This document shows positions 28,703 to 38,274 of a stretch of 64,000 nt of DNA, one piece after another. The number at the start of each line of letters is the position of its first letter. The first letter of the stretch is position 1. Origin of the DNA: Bdellovibrionota bacterium (GTDB lineage: Bacteria > Bdellovibrionota_C > UBA2361 > CALJRW01); NCBI GenBank assembly GCA_041740355.1, contig JBGSMD010000006.1, forward strand, positions 85,663 to 149,662, read 5' to 3'. The notes beneath the pieces were generated by a model. The model did no database searches and had not been told where the DNA came from. It saw only the letters and a program-made list of their open reading frames with translations. The position numbers and the translations under genes were made by a program.

Positions 28703-28847
28703 TATAGTGAGTCCAAAAGGTAATTTCCATTGGGAATTACTTTTTGGGGCTTACTATCCCCCGGAGGGATAATAAAATCATATAGTTATGACAAAAAATA
28801 CAAAACTTACTGTTAAACATTCGAAAATACTTTTTGTCATAACTATA
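28703..28847 (+). mobile_element. Dispersed TATAGT-ended element, copy 4 (reference, 145 bp)
   Basis: Module A hairpin 28703-28757, module B TATCCC-CCGGA-GGGATA, module C 17-bp IR 28781-28797/28831-28847 around 33 nt. Confidence 0.9.
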
Positions 28848-28861
28848 TATATTAAATAATA

Positions 28862-29833
28862 ATGTCCTCTATATTAGTCTCAATTATAATTCCTGTCTAT
28901 CATTCGGAGTTAACGCTTCCCGGCTGTTTGGAGTCGATTAATAATCAGGATCATAATAATTTTGAGGTCATTATCATTGACTCGGAGAGCTCACTAGATA
29001 CTCAGGCAATTTCCAGAATTCAAAAGGCTAGTTACTACAATATCGAGTTTAACAATATCGCGGCCAAGCGTAATTTTGGAGCGTCAAAAGCTGAAGGTAA
29101 GATTCTATTGTTTTTAGACTCAGATTGTCTTTTACCAGAAGGTTTTTTTGATAGCATTCAAAGTATCTTTCAAGATCAAGAGATTGTCGCAGCTGGCTCT
29201 CATGATTTTGATTTACCAGCAGATAGTCACTGGATTAATTATGCTTGGCAAGTTCATTTTCAAGTCTGGTCCAAGCAGAATACTTCTTGGATCCCAACTC
29301 GTTGCTTAGCTGTCCGGCGCAGTTCCTTTGAGCAAGTAAAAGGATTTAATGAACAGTTGATTACCTGTGAAGATGTTGATTTAGGATATCGTTTGAATAA
29401 TTATGGTCGTATCCTTAATTCAGATCGTTTGAAAATTACCCATGTTTTAAATCCCAAAAATCTTGGTCAGTTTTTTATGAAAGAACTTTGGCATGGACTT
29501 AATAGCTTATCAATTAGTATTAAAAATCGATCCAATTATAAAGAAATTATTTACTTAATAATTCCAGTTTATTTTGTAGGAATGTTTTTACTTTTATTGC
29601 TTACAGTTTATCAGTTTGTATTTTTGTTCAGTTATAGTGCTTTAGTATTATTGGTAATTGGTATGCTGCCGGCAGTTATAATGTCACTTTATACCGTAGC
29701 AAAGCGAAAACAATTTCAGTATTTTCCAGGTCTTTCAATTGCTTATTTATTATACTTAATGGCTAGGGGAGCGGCTGCTTGCAAGTTATACTCACCGCTT
29801 TTCATTTTTGAGAAAAAAAGAAAAGAAAGGTAA
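28862..29833 (+). CDS. Glycosyltransferase family 2
   Basis: VSIIIPVY, EVIIID, RNFGA, LFLDSD, GFNE...EDVDLGYRL; C-terminal TMs. Confidence 0.93.
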   Translation: MSSILVSIIIPVYHSELTLPGCLESINNQDHNNFEVIIIDSESSLDTQAISRIQKASYYNIEFNNIAAKRNFGASKAEGKILLFLDSDCLLPEGFFDSIQSIFQDQEIVAAGSHDFDLPADSHWINYAWQVHFQVWSKQNTSWIPTRCLAVRRSSFEQVKGFNEQLITCEDVDLGYRLNNYGRILNSDRLKITHVLNPKNLGQFFMKELWHGLNSLSISIKNRSNYKEIIYLIIPVYFVGMFLLLLLTVYQFVFLFSYSALVLLVIGMLPAVIMSLYTVAKRKQFQYFPGLSIAYLLYLMARGAAACKLYSPLFIFEKKRKER

Positions 29834-30049
29834 CCCGAAGGGGGAGCGAGGATAACGAGTCCCGGCGAGCAAAATCCTGGCGCCTTGTCCGCCGTAGCTT
29901 TAGCGAAGGTGGAAGACAGGTTTTGCCGTAGAAAATGACACCTAAACCCTACGCAGTTAAGTGGTGAGTATTGGTTTTGTCTTTTACGGCGTAACTTGGC
30001 TATCGCCAAGATTACGCTCGCCCTTGGCAAATTTCATTTGCGAAGGGTT
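29832..30049. repeat. GC-rich multi-hairpin element containing a TCCGCCGTAGCTTTAGCGAAGGTGGA palindrome
   Basis: At least four internal inverted repeats closed by AACCC/GGGTT; GC far above background; lies between convergent genes. Confidence 0.7.
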
Positions 30050-30074
30050 TAATTTTCTTTGGAAAAACTAAGCC

Positions 30075-31124
30075 TTACAGAGCGGCTAAATTAATGGCAC
30101 GGCCTTTTTTGATGGTGATCATATCTTCAATCCTTATTTTGAAACCATCAACAGTTATTTGAGGTTCTAGGCAGAACACATTAGTTTCTTCAAATTTCTG
30201 ATTATTACTTTCAAATGTAATAAAAAACGGAGGTTCATGTAGCTTGAGGCCAATAAAATGTCCTAAGTCAACAATGTTTAGCGTTTCTGCAGGGAGTTTT
30301 TGGCGGGTCAGCTCTCGTTTATAGTGCGTTTCGAGATCAGCACAAAGCATTCCTGCTTTAATCGAAGATATTACGTTTTGATGGGCAAGTTGAAAGCGGA
30401 GCAGTACTTCGGAAGTTTCTCCGCCGACTTGAAACATTCTTGTACAATCAGTAAATAAACCATCTTTAACTATGCCAGCATCAATACAAACATACTCTCC
30501 AAGTTTTAATTCACGATGGCTGGCAGATAAAAAAGTTGATTCTATTAATCTGTCGCCAGAACAGACAATCGGATCGAATGCTAATGAGTCGGCATTTTCT
30601 AAGAGTCGTAGTTTTAAAGTTTTTTCAAGCTCAAGTTCGGTCATGCCTGGTTGGATCCAGCCGACAGTTGTTTCTAACATTGACTTGAGGCTTTTATAGA
30701 TTTCGGAGAGTTGTTTAATTTCCTGAGGATTCTTTTTCCTTAACATTGGCCAGACAGTTTCGGTTAGGTCTAAAATTTCTGCCGGAAGCCCAAGAAAATG
30801 GGAGAAAGGAGCTGAGCCTAATACTCCAATCTTTTTCCAATTATTACCAATTTCATTTAGAAAATTTCCATAGACGTTTTCATCAGAGACAGCGATCACT
30901 TTCATTTTGGATCGTTCCTTAAGGTCGGCAACCTTATATTCTACTTCAAAAAAACCGTGATCATCTAATGTGCAGAAAAAATAATGACCAGCGGAACGAC
31001 AAGTGGTGCCAGTAAACGCTTTGGACATTGATGTTTCAAAACGAGTTGAATAAGCCAGGATAATATCTAATTTATGAGTAACGAGGATTGCTTTTAGAAC
31101 TTGAATTCTTTCTGGGTAATTCAT
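30075..31124 (-). CDS. M24 family peptidase (Xaa-Pro peptidase-like)
   Basis: IDAG...FTDCTR, GHFIGLKLHEPP, EP, RIEDMI. Confidence 0.88.
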   Translation of the reverse strand: MNYPERIQVLKAILVTHKLDIILAYSTRFETSMSKAFTGTTCRSAGHYFFCTLDDHGFFEVEYKVADLKERSKMKVIAVSDENVYGNFLNEIGNNWKKIGVLGSAPFSHFLGLPAEILDLTETVWPMLRKKNPQEIKQLSEIYKSLKSMLETTVGWIQPGMTELELEKTLKLRLLENADSLAFDPIVCSGDRLIESTFLSASHRELKLGEYVCIDAGIVKDGLFTDCTRMFQVGGETSEVLLRFQLAHQNVISSIKAGMLCADLETHYKRELTRQKLPAETLNIVDLGHFIGLKLHEPPFFITFESNNQKFEETNVFCLEPQITVDGFKIRIEDMITIKKGRAINLAAL

Positions 31125-31295
31125 GTTGAGAACTTCAATCTTGGATATGTTAGATAGATCTTAAAAAATAATTTGACTAAAGAAAATTATATTATCCACA
31201 TATTGCTTTGTTAAGTACATACTGACAATAGTAATTACAGGTTTTAGTAAAAGAGTTAGATCTTGAGCCAAATGCGAGCAATGCGAAATGCATTT

Positions 31296-31985
31296 TTACA
31301 TAATTATAGATAAAGGGTCGGGATGAATTATTTGCAGATTTTCTAATAAATCCAAAGAACAATATCCATCAAGATCTACGAGTAAACGTTCCTCTTGAAT
31401 TAGTTTGTTTAGGTAAATTAGTTGAACTGCCTGAATATGAAGATGTGGCCACCAATTGCCATTCCACGGAGCGGCGCCAATTTCTCCAATAATTTGTCCT
31501 TCTCTAATATTTTCACAAAGACCTACTGAAATATTTTGCAGGTGTGAGAAGATCATGGCGAATTCATTGTTTTTCTCAGGTTGAATGATTAGCCTTGGTC
31601 CCCAACCTCCGTTATAATCTTTTTCATCATCAATCAGTAATGCTTTTCCATTAAATGGGCTGAACACCTTAACTCCCACGGGCAGGTTAATATCAATACC
31701 CAAGTGTATAAAAGAAGATGTTTCCTTTTGATATCCACCAGCAAGTAAGATTGATCTGTCTTCGAGGTATCCACCAAAAGACCATTCGGCATCCATTGAT
31801 TTATGAGCTTCTTTGATCATTTCCCAGCTAATCAAGGGATTTAATAATTCAGCTTGGGCTAATTTAGGGTTTTGTTGTGTTAGCCATCTTCTAGCAAAGG
31901 TATCCAAGTTTATTTCACAAATCTGTTTTTGAGCAAAATCAGGAAATATCTTGAATAGCTTCTTTTGGTTAGGGTTCTTCGCCAT
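31296..31985 (-). CDS. M23 family (LytM) peptidase-like protein, no signal peptide
   Basis: HLGID (HxxxD), FSHL, NGNWWPHLHIQ (HxH). Confidence 0.82.
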   Translation of the reverse strand: MAKNPNQKKLFKIFPDFAQKQICEINLDTFARRWLTQQNPKLAQAELLNPLISWEMIKEAHKSMDAEWSFGGYLEDRSILLAGGYQKETSSFIHLGIDINLPVGVKVFSPFNGKALLIDDEKDYNGGWGPRLIIQPEKNNEFAMIFSHLQNISVGLCENIREGQIIGEIGAAPWNGNWWPHLHIQAVQLIYLNKLIQEERLLVDLDGYCSLDLLENLQIIHPDPLSIIM

Positions 31986-33113
31986 TTAATATTCGTAAAT
32001 ATTACTGCTAAAATGTAATAGTCCTAATTCGCAAGCAATGTTCTTTGAAAGATGATAGTTGCGTCGGCAGAGTTGATCTTCGCTATCATCGGGGAAAACA
32101 GGTGTGCAGGCAACTTCACATAAAATTGGGCCACTATCGATTCCTCGATCAGAGAAATGAAATGTGGCTCCGGTGTATAGTTTTGGTGACTTACTCAGAT
32201 TAAAGCTTGCGGAGGATGTTTCGTTATCTAAACCTTGAACTAATTTTATAATATCATTATAGGGGTCTTTCCCTCTACAGGCAAAAGCATAATCTTCTCG
32301 GATTATTCCTGGATGAGTATTCATAACAATCGTAGACAAAGGAGATTTCGGATCGACTAAGTAATCCAATTTTGCCATATAATGATCAGTAACTAAGACG
32401 TCAGCATTTAGTTCTAACAAAAGATTTGCTACGCGTGTTTCAAAATCTAATTTTCTTTCTTGGCGTGCTAGCGAATCTTGCATGGGCAATTTCCGAAAGT
32501 CAGAAGGTAAATTATAGCAAAGATCTCGCGCATTCTGGTGTTCGCTGGCGCGTAGGTTCTTGGGAAAGATCCATTGCCCAGCACTGGGCAATTCGCCAAA
32601 AGGAGATTGTTGAAGATCAATCGGCAGATCGTCGCTTATTATTCCTACCACTTCACAGAATCCATTTAATCTGCCAGAAGTTGTGGAGCGGAGGATATGC
32701 TCAATTGTTCCTTTTAGATAACGAGCATATTTGATTTCTCCATTTCGGAGCCCAACTTTTTCATCGGCCCCGACATCTCGAATTGAAGTTAAAAAGGCAA
32801 TCCTTAAAGGGCGAGATGGAACTTTAAATGTTGGTGTAGACTCGGAATAAAATAGTGTAATTCCAGTACTGATTGTAGCAAAGGATTTAGGCGCTGAGAG
32901 AAGTAATCTAGAGGATTCTGAGTGTATTTGACGGAAGCTTGCCCCATTTAAGGGATGTTCCAAGAATGAAGGATCTGGTTCTGTTGGTGTTTCTGCAGCG
33001 AGATGAAGTTCATGACTGACCTTTGACAATCGTCCTAAATCTGGATGGTTTAGGCAACAATAATCTGGGGAAGAGATGATTCCAGATTCAAAATCTTGAG
33101 CAGTGTTGTGCAA
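31986..33113 (-). CDS. Formyltransferase-domain protein (PurN-like, extended)
   Basis: NTHPG, TGATFHF.DRGIDSGPIL; TTG start with AAGGA RBS. Confidence 0.78.
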   Translation of the reverse strand: MHNTAQDFESGIISSPDYCCLNHPDLGRLSKVSHELHLAAETPTEPDPSFLEHPLNGASFRQIHSESSRLLLSAPKSFATISTGITLFYSESTPTFKVPSRPLRIAFLTSIRDVGADEKVGLRNGEIKYARYLKGTIEHILRSTTSGRLNGFCEVVGIISDDLPIDLQQSPFGELPSAGQWIFPKNLRASEHQNARDLCYNLPSDFRKLPMQDSLARQERKLDFETRVANLLLELNADVLVTDHYMAKLDYLVDPKSPLSTIVMNTHPGIIREDYAFACRGKDPYNDIIKLVQGLDNETSSASFNLSKSPKLYTGATFHFSDRGIDSGPILCEVACTPVFPDDSEDQLCRRNYHLSKNIACELGLLHFSSNIYEY

Positions 33114-33203
33114 TTCCTTTAGTTTTCCTCAAAAGTGTAAAAATCAAAAAATCCTTATACCAAAAATCTCAGAGTATGCAAGGGGTTAGGGGTTTTTAAT
33201 TTA

Positions 33204-35423
33204 CTATATCCCATAGCGTTTACCACCACTAATCTTTTCTTCAACCGGCAGTTCAATTACAAAGCGGGTTCCATGTGGTTGATTTTCAAAAACCTTAATT
33301 TTACCCTGATGATCAGCCACAATCGTCGCCACGATGGCTAGGCCTAAACCACTGCCATCAGCTTTGGTTGTAAAGTAGGGGTCAAAGATCCGTGTGCGAT
33401 CTTCGGGAGTAATGCCTGTCCCATTGTCTGAAATTTCTAAGACAGCAAGGCGTGCAGTGGATTGTTTGGTAGTAATTTTTACTAAACCATTTTGTGGTTT
33501 CTTTAATTGTACTGCGGAGATGGCATTATCAATTAGGTTAGTCAGGCAACGACGAAACTGTGCCGTGTCTAAAGCGACTGGCTTAAGTCGGGGGTCGGTG
33601 TCTAAGGCTATTTTGAAATTAATTTGCTTATTTTCATAAGACTGGAGAACTTCGACGATTAGTTCGTTAAGATCGGAACTTGTTAGTTCTGCTAATGGTA
33701 AACGAGCAAACTTGGAGAACTCATCAATTAGAACTCTGATCACCTCAGTGTTTTGCAGAATTGTTTCGGCTGCTTTTTCCCTTTGTTCTAAATTAAGCTT
33801 GTCACCTTGTTGGATAATTCTCTGTGCTGAAAGTTTAATGGGAGTTAAGGGGTTTTTGATTTCATGAGCCAAGCGTCTCGCTGCTTCACGCCAAGTAGCA
33901 ATTTTCTGAGCATGAATCAAATCGCTGATATCGTCAAATAAAATTACTGTGCCTAATTCTTGTTCATTTTGATTAATAACCTTACCAATCGTTACAATGA
34001 TTTCTTTAGGCTGATTATTGATCTGACAAGTAATTTTTTTCTGAACAATATCAGAAGTAAGATCTTGATAGCGTTGCTTTAACAAAAAAGGGACAATAAA
34101 ATCATGAATTTTTTGAAAATTAGCAGCACTAAGTAATTGCTGCATGTTTAGATTCTCGGACTGTTCCAAATGATAATCCGGGAAAAGTCTTCGAGCGGCT
34201 TGGTTAGCAGCAATCAGTAAATTATTTTGATCGAGTCCAATAACAGCAACAGATAAGTTATCTAAAATAGTTTCCGTGTAAATTCGGCGGAGATTTAACT
34301 CTTCTTCGCTCGTTCTTAAATCTTGGACCATCTCATTAAATGATTCTGTGAGTTCACTAAGTTCATCATCCCCTTGAGTTGTAATTTGAATTTGATAATT
34401 GCCAGTTGCAACCTCTTTTGTCCCGGCAGAGAGTTGTCTTAGTGGCTCGGAGATTTCTCTTGCTAAATAAAATCCAATCCAAATGGCTGAGAATAAAATA
34501 ATTCCAGTAATAATTGCTAATGTCAGCAGGTAGCTAGCTTTAAGCGGTGTTTTGAAAGTTTGAAGCTGGCCGTATTCTTTAAAGCCGCTTTGAATTGCCT
34601 CTAAGCTGCTAGTGATTTCCGGATCGATCCTCCTTGTTAAAACGACGACAATCTCTTGACTATTATGAGTGACTTGTTGATAGAGGCGAATAAATTGGTT
34701 GCTACCACTATTCTCAATTAAGATTCGTTGAATATTCTTGGTATCGGGAAAATTATTTTGATTTATTTTGGGCTCAGCTAGATCTGGAATCTCATTGACG
34801 ATACTTCGATCGCTTGTAAGCTCTAAACCTTCCAGCGTATAAATTCCAAAGGAGAATAATTGTTGTTTATTCCGTAATTCGGCTAATAGTTCTTTAGTCG
34901 ACTCTTCGTTATCAAGTAGGTTGAAACTATTCTTGACGATCGAAATAATTTGTTGCGAATCCTCGAGCAAGCTTTGTTCTTCTTGTTTAATATATGTTTG
35001 TGAAATAAATAAAGCATTGGTAACGACGGAAGAAACTTGAGCATTAAACCAACCGGAAGTTGCCCTAGAGATTAGGCCTGTTGCCAAGAAAAACATAATT
35101 AATGTTGGGATGAAGGTTAGCAATAAAAAAGCACTAACAAGTTTTTGTCGCAGTTTTGATCCAAGGATTTTATTGCGGCGATCTAAGAAAAGTTTAATTA
35201 AATTTCTTCCAACAACAAAACCTAAGGCAATTAGCAGTAATAAGTTGAAGTTAAATAGACCAACAATAAATATGCTTTTGGATGATGTGCCAGTTAAACT
35301 TTCTGGTTGGAGGAAAAGAATTGAGAGCGCGACTACTAATGTTAGTAAAATAAAAATTGACCAGCGCTTAGTCAGGCTCATACGGAGCCAACGCAGAAAA
35401 GTTTGCAGTGCGTTTTTAATCAT
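33204..35423 (-). CDS. ntrY: NtrY-like sensor histidine kinase (HAMP-PAS-HisKA-HATPase)
   Basis: GSKLRQKLV..F, WREAARRLAHEIKNPLTPIKLSAQR, DNGTG, PYFTTK, GSGLGL. Confidence 0.88.
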   Translation of the reverse strand: MIKNALQTFLRWLRMSLTKRWSIFILLTLVVALSILFLQPESLTGTSSKSIFIVGLFNFNLLLLIALGFVVGRNLIKLFLDRRNKILGSKLRQKLVSAFLLLTFIPTLIMFFLATGLISRATSGWFNAQVSSVVTNALFISQTYIKQEEQSLLEDSQQIISIVKNSFNLLDNEESTKELLAELRNKQQLFSFGIYTLEGLELTSDRSIVNEIPDLAEPKINQNNFPDTKNIQRILIENSGSNQFIRLYQQVTHNSQEIVVVLTRRIDPEITSSLEAIQSGFKEYGQLQTFKTPLKASYLLTLAIITGIILFSAIWIGFYLAREISEPLRQLSAGTKEVATGNYQIQITTQGDDELSELTESFNEMVQDLRTSEEELNLRRIYTETILDNLSVAVIGLDQNNLLIAANQAARRLFPDYHLEQSENLNMQQLLSAANFQKIHDFIVPFLLKQRYQDLTSDIVQKKITCQINNQPKEIIVTIGKVINQNEQELGTVILFDDISDLIHAQKIATWREAARRLAHEIKNPLTPIKLSAQRIIQQGDKLNLEQREKAAETILQNTEVIRVLIDEFSKFARLPLAELTSSDLNELIVEVLQSYENKQINFKIALDTDPRLKPVALDTAQFRRCLTNLIDNAISAVQLKKPQNGLVKITTKQSTARLAVLEISDNGTGITPEDRTRIFDPYFTTKADGSGLGLAIVATIVADHQGKIKVFENQPHGTRFVIELPVEEKISGGKRYGI

Positions 35424-35970
35424 TTAGATTTAGGTGAAATTTTTTCCAACCAGTACTAAAACCACTCAGTCGTAATAAGCCAAAGCTTAGGTAATAAGAC
35501 AGTTCCTCTAGTGTTTTACTATATTCACCTCGACATTCAGAAAATGCTCTTGTCTCCAAATAAGAATTAGACGTTAGTTTTATTTTAGGAAATTGTTCTA
35601 AATTTAAATTTTTGATTGCTCTTAGCGCAGTTAAGGCATCTTCTCGCTGGTCATAAGTTTGTCCTTCGGGTAGTCTTTGATCGCGATGCAAATCAGTGAT
35701 CATCTGATAAGAGTTACTAATTGGATTCCAAGATAAAAAATGAGTTTCAACAATTTCCTCGGAGCAGTCATTCCAAAATGAATCTGAGTCGCAAATTTTT
35801 AATTCAAATCGATAACGAATTTCTTGTCCATTATTAAGGCAATCATTTACAATCTCATCCTTGCCACTGACTTCTAATGAGAATACTTTTGGATTTTGAT
35901 TAGAATGTTGGACTGTTAGTTCAGGGCTAGCAAATAAAACAATTAGTGGGAAAACGAGGTAGGCTAGCAT
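35416..35970 (-). CDS. Exported protein, DUF4390-like
   Basis: Signal/TM N-terminus, NGQEIRYRFELK, LSWNPISNSY, C-terminal TGW; conserved position upstream of ntrY. Confidence 0.6.
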   Translation of the reverse strand: MLAYLVFPLIVLFASPELTVQHSNQNPKVFSLEVSGKDEIVNDCLNNGQEIRYRFELKICDSDSFWNDCSEEIVETHFLSWNPISNSYQMITDLHRDQRLPEGQTYDQREDALTALRAIKNLNLEQFPKIKLTSNSYLETRAFSECRGEYSKTLEELSYYLSFGLLRLSGFSTGWKKFHLNLND

Positions 35971-35979
35971 TAATATAAT

Positions 35980-37038
35980 TTAAAAATTTTCATTAAATGA
36001 GTTTTTAGGAAGAACTAAGCCCAAGTGGGTATATGCTTCTTCGGTCACGACTCGTCCACGAGGCGTTCGTGCTAGTAATCCAGCTTGAATCAAGAAAGGT
36101 TCGTAGACATCTTCGATTGTTTCTCGCTCCTCGGAGAGTCCAACTGCTAGGGTTTCAAGTCCAACCGGACCACCTTTAAAGTTTTCTATAATAATTTTTA
36201 ATAGTGCCCGATCCATTTGAGTCAGACCCAGCTGGTCAATCTCTAATAAGGACATTGCGCCTTGTACCGCACTGCTATTAATTTCTCCAGTTCCTTTTTC
36301 TTGTGCAAAGTCACGGACACGTTTTAAAATCTTATTGGCAATTCTTGGGGTTCCTCTTGAACGTTCACCAATTTCCAAGGCGGCATGTTCTTCAATACTA
36401 ATTGCTAGTAACTTAGCAGATCGTAGCACAATCTGTTGCAGTTCTGTAGGAGAGTAGAATTCCAGCCGTGCAGTAATACCAAAGCGATCGCGCAGCGGGG
36501 AAGTCAGCATGCCAGATCGTGTTGTCGCGCCAATTAAGGTAAATGGTTTAAGGGGAATCTTAACTGACTTTGCCGCTGGACCTTGGCCAATTAAAATATC
36601 TATTTCAAAGTCTTCCATTGCCGGATAAAGCACTTCTTCCACAATTCGAGGTAAACGATGAATTTCATCAATAAATAAAACTGAATTAGCTTCCAGGGAA
36701 GTTAGCATTGCAGCTAGGTCTCCTGGTCGCTCAATCACTGGACCTGATGTGCTTTTAAAATTTGTACCTAATTGGTTGGACACTATCCGGGCAAGAGAAG
36801 TTTTTCCAAGGCCGGGTGGTCCATAAAGTAAGACGTGGTCTAGTGGTTCAGAACGATTTTTTGCAGCTTGGCAGGCGATTTGGAGATTTTCTTTGGTTTT
36901 ATCTTGACCAATGTAATTATCAAATGCTGTTGGGCGAAGTTTAATAAAGGTAGCTTCTTCAGAATTAAGAGGAAGATCGTCGACAAGGTCAGTGCTTAGC
37001 CAAGTGTTGATCTCTTCTGAATTATTATTAGTACTCAT
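35980..37038 (-). CDS. ruvB: Holliday junction helicase RuvB
   Basis: [42 protein letters not shown]; ATG 37038 preferred. Confidence 0.98.
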   Translation of the reverse strand: MSTNNNSEEINTWLSTDLVDDLPLNSEEATFIKLRPTAFDNYIGQDKTKENLQIACQAAKNRSEPLDHVLLYGPPGLGKTSLARIVSNQLGTNFKSTSGPVIERPGDLAAMLTSLEANSVLFIDEIHRLPRIVEEVLYPAMEDFEIDILIGQGPAAKSVKIPLKPFTLIGATTRSGMLTSPLRDRFGITARLEFYSPTELQQIVLRSAKLLAISIEEHAALEIGERSRGTPRIANKILKRVRDFAQEKGTGEINSSAVQGAMSLLEIDQLGLTQMDRALLKIIIENFKGGPVGLETLAVGLSEERETIEDVYEPFLIQAGLLARTPRGRVVTEEAYTHLGLVLPKNSFNENF

Positions 37039-37089
37039 TTGCAGAGTATACACTGAAAAGTAGAAGCTTTTCCAGCTACCAAAGAATCC

Positions 37090-37132
37090 AGCCCGCATAA
37101 ATCATCCTTATCACTGATGAATTATGCGGGCT
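37090..37132. promoter_or_regulatory. Inverted repeat between ruvB and divergent ORF
   Basis: AGCCCGCATAAATCATC...GATGAATTATGCGGGCT. Confidence 0.4.
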
Positions 37133-37180
37133 AGGCAAAGTTCAAATTGACTTAGGGTTAAATCTCAGTATTCTGATCTA

Positions 37181-37417
37181 ATGATCTACCATACCCCAGG
37201 TACTGAATATTGCCCAAGTGACTACAAGCAGTTGCTGGCCTTGTTTGATAATAAAATGAGTATTGATCTTTACTTGTTTAAAGGACCAGAAAGTGTTGTT
37301 TTGCTAAAAAAAGCACTCGATGAGGGCCATTTACAGGAAGCTTCAACCAGTGGAGGAGCCAGAAAATTACTTTATATGACTAAAATGGGCCGTGAATATT
37401 GGCAGTCGACAAAATAG
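37181..37417 (+). CDS. Small hypothetical protein (winged-helix-like end)
   Basis: 78 aa; RKLLYMTKMGRE resembles the wHTH wing motif LTxxG. Confidence 0.45.
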   Translation: MIYHTPGTEYCPSDYKQLLALFDNKMSIDLYLFKGPESVVLLKKALDEGHLQEASTSGGARKLLYMTKMGREYWQSTK

Positions 37418-37551
37418 CCCAAGGTATAGCATTATATGGTAACCTCCACAGTGTAAGAAATAATTTCTCTTACTTGGGAAAGTGCCCTCGGTTAGTTTCT
37501 CCTGATTTTGGTTTAATATGCCCCTGTTGTTGTTATCAATTTATTAAAGAC

Positions 37552-38175
37552 ATGAAGCGAGTTAGTTTTTTTATTATTACAATTCTAATTTCAGCTAATG
37601 CCTGGGCTGCGCCAATTTATGTCTATCGTGAGGCAGACGGAACAAAGCGTTTTACAACACAGAAACCACCTAGCAGTTTTAATGCTGAAGTCTATAGTGC
37701 TAGTGGTAAGTTCTCTAGGTATAAAGGGAATGGAGTTCGTTACTCATACTCTCCAGCATCTGCCTATAACTATTCCAAAGTTCGAGCAGTAAATAATAAA
37801 AAATTTGATCAGATTATAGCTGATGCTTCAGAAAAACATGGATTATCAACTAATTTAATAAAAGCAGTAATTCATGCTGAATCTGGCTTTAATCCTCATG
37901 CCGTTTCTCCTAAAGGAGCATTAGGTTTGATGCAACTAATGCCATTTAACCTTAGGACTTACGGGGTCAAGGATCCATATTCTCCCGAACAAAATATCAA
38001 CGGAGGAACAAAAATGCTTTCTAAGCTTCTAAATCGATATTCAGGCAATCTGAGTTTGGCACTTGCTGCTTATAATGCGGGAGAAGGCGCCGTGCAAAAG
38101 TATCGAGGTGTTCCACCATATGCGGAGACGGTAAACTACGTGAAGAAAGTGATGCGGCTAAAAGCAATGTATTAG
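37552..38175 (+). CDS. Soluble lytic transglycosylase (SLT) with DUF4124-like N-terminus
   Basis: Signal peptide from ATG 37552; IYVYR..DG..RFT; AVIHAESGFNPHAVSPKGALGLMQLMP; AYNAGEGAV. Confidence 0.92.
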   Translation: MKRVSFFIITILISANAWAAPIYVYREADGTKRFTTQKPPSSFNAEVYSASGKFSRYKGNGVRYSYSPASAYNYSKVRAVNNKKFDQIIADASEKHGLSTNLIKAVIHAESGFNPHAVSPKGALGLMQLMPFNLRTYGVKDPYSPEQNINGGTKMLSKLLNRYSGNLSLALAAYNAGEGAVQKYRGVPPYAETVNYVKKVMRLKAMY

Positions 38176-38274
38176 GTAGCTAAAAGATTAATCATCTATT
38201 ATAAACTTATTAGTAGTAAATTCTGAAACTGACCACTAACTGACAATCTAATAATTGGCTAAAATAATTTCTTC

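Noticed and set aside
28781-28847. Conserved 17-mers around a 33-nt variable segment, suggesting a CRISPR or other guide-like repeat-spacer unit
   Set aside because: The repeats are inverted and dispersed, not tandem. The interiors of copies 2 and 4 are visibly homologous rather than unique spacers, and no cas genes are present.
29743-30030. 95-aa minus-strand ORF
   Set aside because: It is a translation of the palindromic multi-stem element and overlaps the GT2 3' end; unlikely to be coding.
37399-37551. Cys-rich N-terminal extension (CPCCC) of the SLT ORF
   Set aside because: Artefact of an upstream TTG; the signal peptide starts at ATG 37552.
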